From the NCBI GenBank assembly GCA_963747235.1, contig CAVVEU010000024.1, positions 608,001-672,000 on the forward strand: DNA of 64,000 nucleotides, written 5' to 3'. A program made the translations under genes and the position numbers. Positions within the stretch are counted from its first letter, which is position 1. Every line of letters begins with the position of its first letter. This DNA is from an uncultured Candidatus Rokubacteria bacterium. Lineage in GTDB: Bacteria > Methylomirabilota > Methylomirabilia > Rokubacteriales > CSP1-6. A model generated the notes under the pieces. It saw only the letters and a list, made by a program, of their open reading frames with translations. It was not told where the DNA came from and searched no databases. Positions 62,550 to 64,000 of the stretch are shown here, piece after piece.

Positions 62550-63482
62550 TCAGGCGTCCTTCACGCTGTTCTCGAGCGAGCCGAGCCCGGTGATCTCGAG
62601 CTTCATGCGGTCGCCCGGCTGCAGCGTGACCTGCGGCTTGCGCGAGAAGCCCACGCCCGCGGGGGTGCCGGTCGCGATGAGGTCGCCCGGCGAGAGGGTC
62701 ATGATGTTGGTGAGGTACTCGATGATGTAGCGGATGTCGAAGATGAAGTTGCGCGTGGAGCCGTCCTGCATGAGCTGGCCGTTGACCCAGGCCTTGAGAT
62801 CCAGCACGTGGGGATCCGGGATCTCGGTGCGATCCGCGATGTAGGGGCCGACCGGGGCGAGGGTGTCGCCCACCTTGCCCGCGCTCCACTGGGTGGTGTG
62901 GAACTGGAAGTCGCGCGCGCTCACGTCGTTGATGATGGTGTAGCCGTAGACGTAGTCGAGCGCCTGCTCCTTCTTCACGAAGCGCGCGGTGCGCCCGATG
63001 ACCACCCCGAGCTCGACCTCCCAGTCCAGCGTCTTCTCCCCGCGCGGCCGCAGGACCGGCTCGCCCGGATCCTGGATCCCGTTGGCCCACTTGGGGAACA
63101 CCGGCGGCTGCTTGGGCGCGGGGTTGTTCGTCTCGGCCGCGTGGTCCTTGTAGTTGAGGCCGATGCAGATGAACTTGCCCGGGTCCGCGATCGGCGCGTG
63201 CAGCCGCACCGAGGACAGCGAGTGGGCGACCGGCTCGAACTTGCCGCCGCGCGCCGCGTCCAGCATGGCGGTCAGCATGTCCTGGCTCGCGCTGCCGCCC
63301 TCGAGGAAGCCGCGCGTGCTGTCGTGCGGAAAGAGGGCCGCCGCGATGACGGGCGCGCGCACCACGCCGCGGGAGGCGAGGAACGCGGCCGCGCTCGCTT
63401 CGAGATCGGCGATGCGGTCGCTGCCGAGGAAGCAGCCGAGCCGGGGGGCGTGACCGTTCTGGGAGAAGCGGACGATCTTCAT
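62550..63482 (-). CDS. Fumarylacetoacetate hydrolase family protein
   Basis: CIGLNY, DWEVEL, NDVSARD, GK, TGTPAGVG. Confidence 0.92.
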   Translation of the reverse strand: MKIVRFSQNGHAPRLGCFLGSDRIADLEASAAAFLASRGVVRAPVIAAALFPHDSTRGFLEGGSASQDMLTAMLDAARGGKFEPVAHSLSSVRLHAPIADPGKFICIGLNYKDHAAETNNPAPKQPPVFPKWANGIQDPGEPVLRPRGEKTLDWEVELGVVIGRTARFVKKEQALDYVYGYTIINDVSARDFQFHTTQWSAGKVGDTLAPVGPYIADRTEIPDPHVLDLKAWVNGQLMQDGSTRNFIFDIRYIIEYLTNIMTLSPGDLIATGTPAGVGFSRKPQVTLQPGDRMKLEITGLGSLENSVKDA

Positions 63483-63756
63483 GGGTGTGTCTCCTTGCGT
63501 AGGGTTGTGACGCGCGCCGACCGCCGGCACCCGAGAGTCTACGACCCTCGCGAAGCGATGTCGAGGGCCCGGCCGTGCCGGGCAAGCTATTGATCTGGAA
63601 GACGTTCGGGTCAGCCGCCCCGGCCGGCGCCGGGCCGAGAGCCGAGCCGGCCGGCCCGGGTCACCCGGACCGCTGTGCATCTAGGTGCAGATAATCAATT
63701 CGTGTACCTTATTAGGAGCGTACGGAGATTTACACCCCGGGAGAAGGAGACACATC

Positions 63757-64000
63757 ATGCGGGATGCCACGAAGTGGCTGTGTGGGCTGCTCGTCGCGCT
63801 CATGGCGCTGACCGGCCCGCTGCTGTCGCGGGCGGCCGTGGTCGAAGCGGCCGAGCTCTCGTCGAGCGCGGTTGACGTCGAGGTCTCCGACGCGGACCGG
63901 GTCGGCGCCGGATTCCTGAACGTGGCCTACGTGCCCGGCAAGGCCATCGTCTGCGGCCTCGGCACCGTGGCCAGCGCCGCGGTGATGATCGTCACGCTGG
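63757..64000 (+). CDS. Secreted/membrane hypothetical protein, truncated by the window end
   Basis: AAGGAG RBS, ATG at 63757, signal peptide-like MRDATKWLCGLLVALMAL; frame open to the window end. Confidence 0.65.
   Translation, partial: MRDATKWLCGLLVALMALTGPLLSRAAVVEAAELSSSAVDVEVSDADRVGAGFLNVAYVPGKAIVCGLGTVASAAVMIVTL

Overview
Very GC-rich, gene-dense bacterial chromosomal segment with about 64 genes and one tRNA-Met(CAT). No integrase, transposase, prophage, CRISPR array or rRNA was seen. Gene content suggests a diderm soil/sediment organism such as Ca. Rokubacteria/Methylomirabilota, but this is an unverified inference. About 19 genes, including thyX, uvrA and degP, are split by single-base indels, best explained by uncorrected long-read errors, so genes were rebuilt across frames. 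Main observations: (1) an apparent pterin-glycoside operon (GT4, two animal-type PTPS genes, folE, Chlorobium-type sepiapterin reductase); (2) a UGSC/GrdB-like selenoprotein hidden by an in-frame TGA with a SECIS-like hairpin, inside a MoxR/VWA/DUF3047 operon; (3) five sigma54 -24/-12 promoters, driving a ~1,520-aa FecR-domain repeat protein, a mini HExxH lipoprotein, a GAF kinase, an orphan ORF and a GH-A/GT2 fusion + ABC exporter + GT cassette; (4) a 77-aa poly-Asp protein with a strong promoter next to three tandem DnaA-box-like sites; (5) three probable CTG start codons; (6) a possible c-di-AMP ion-homeostasis cluster. All family calls come from motif recognition by eye, not from database searches.
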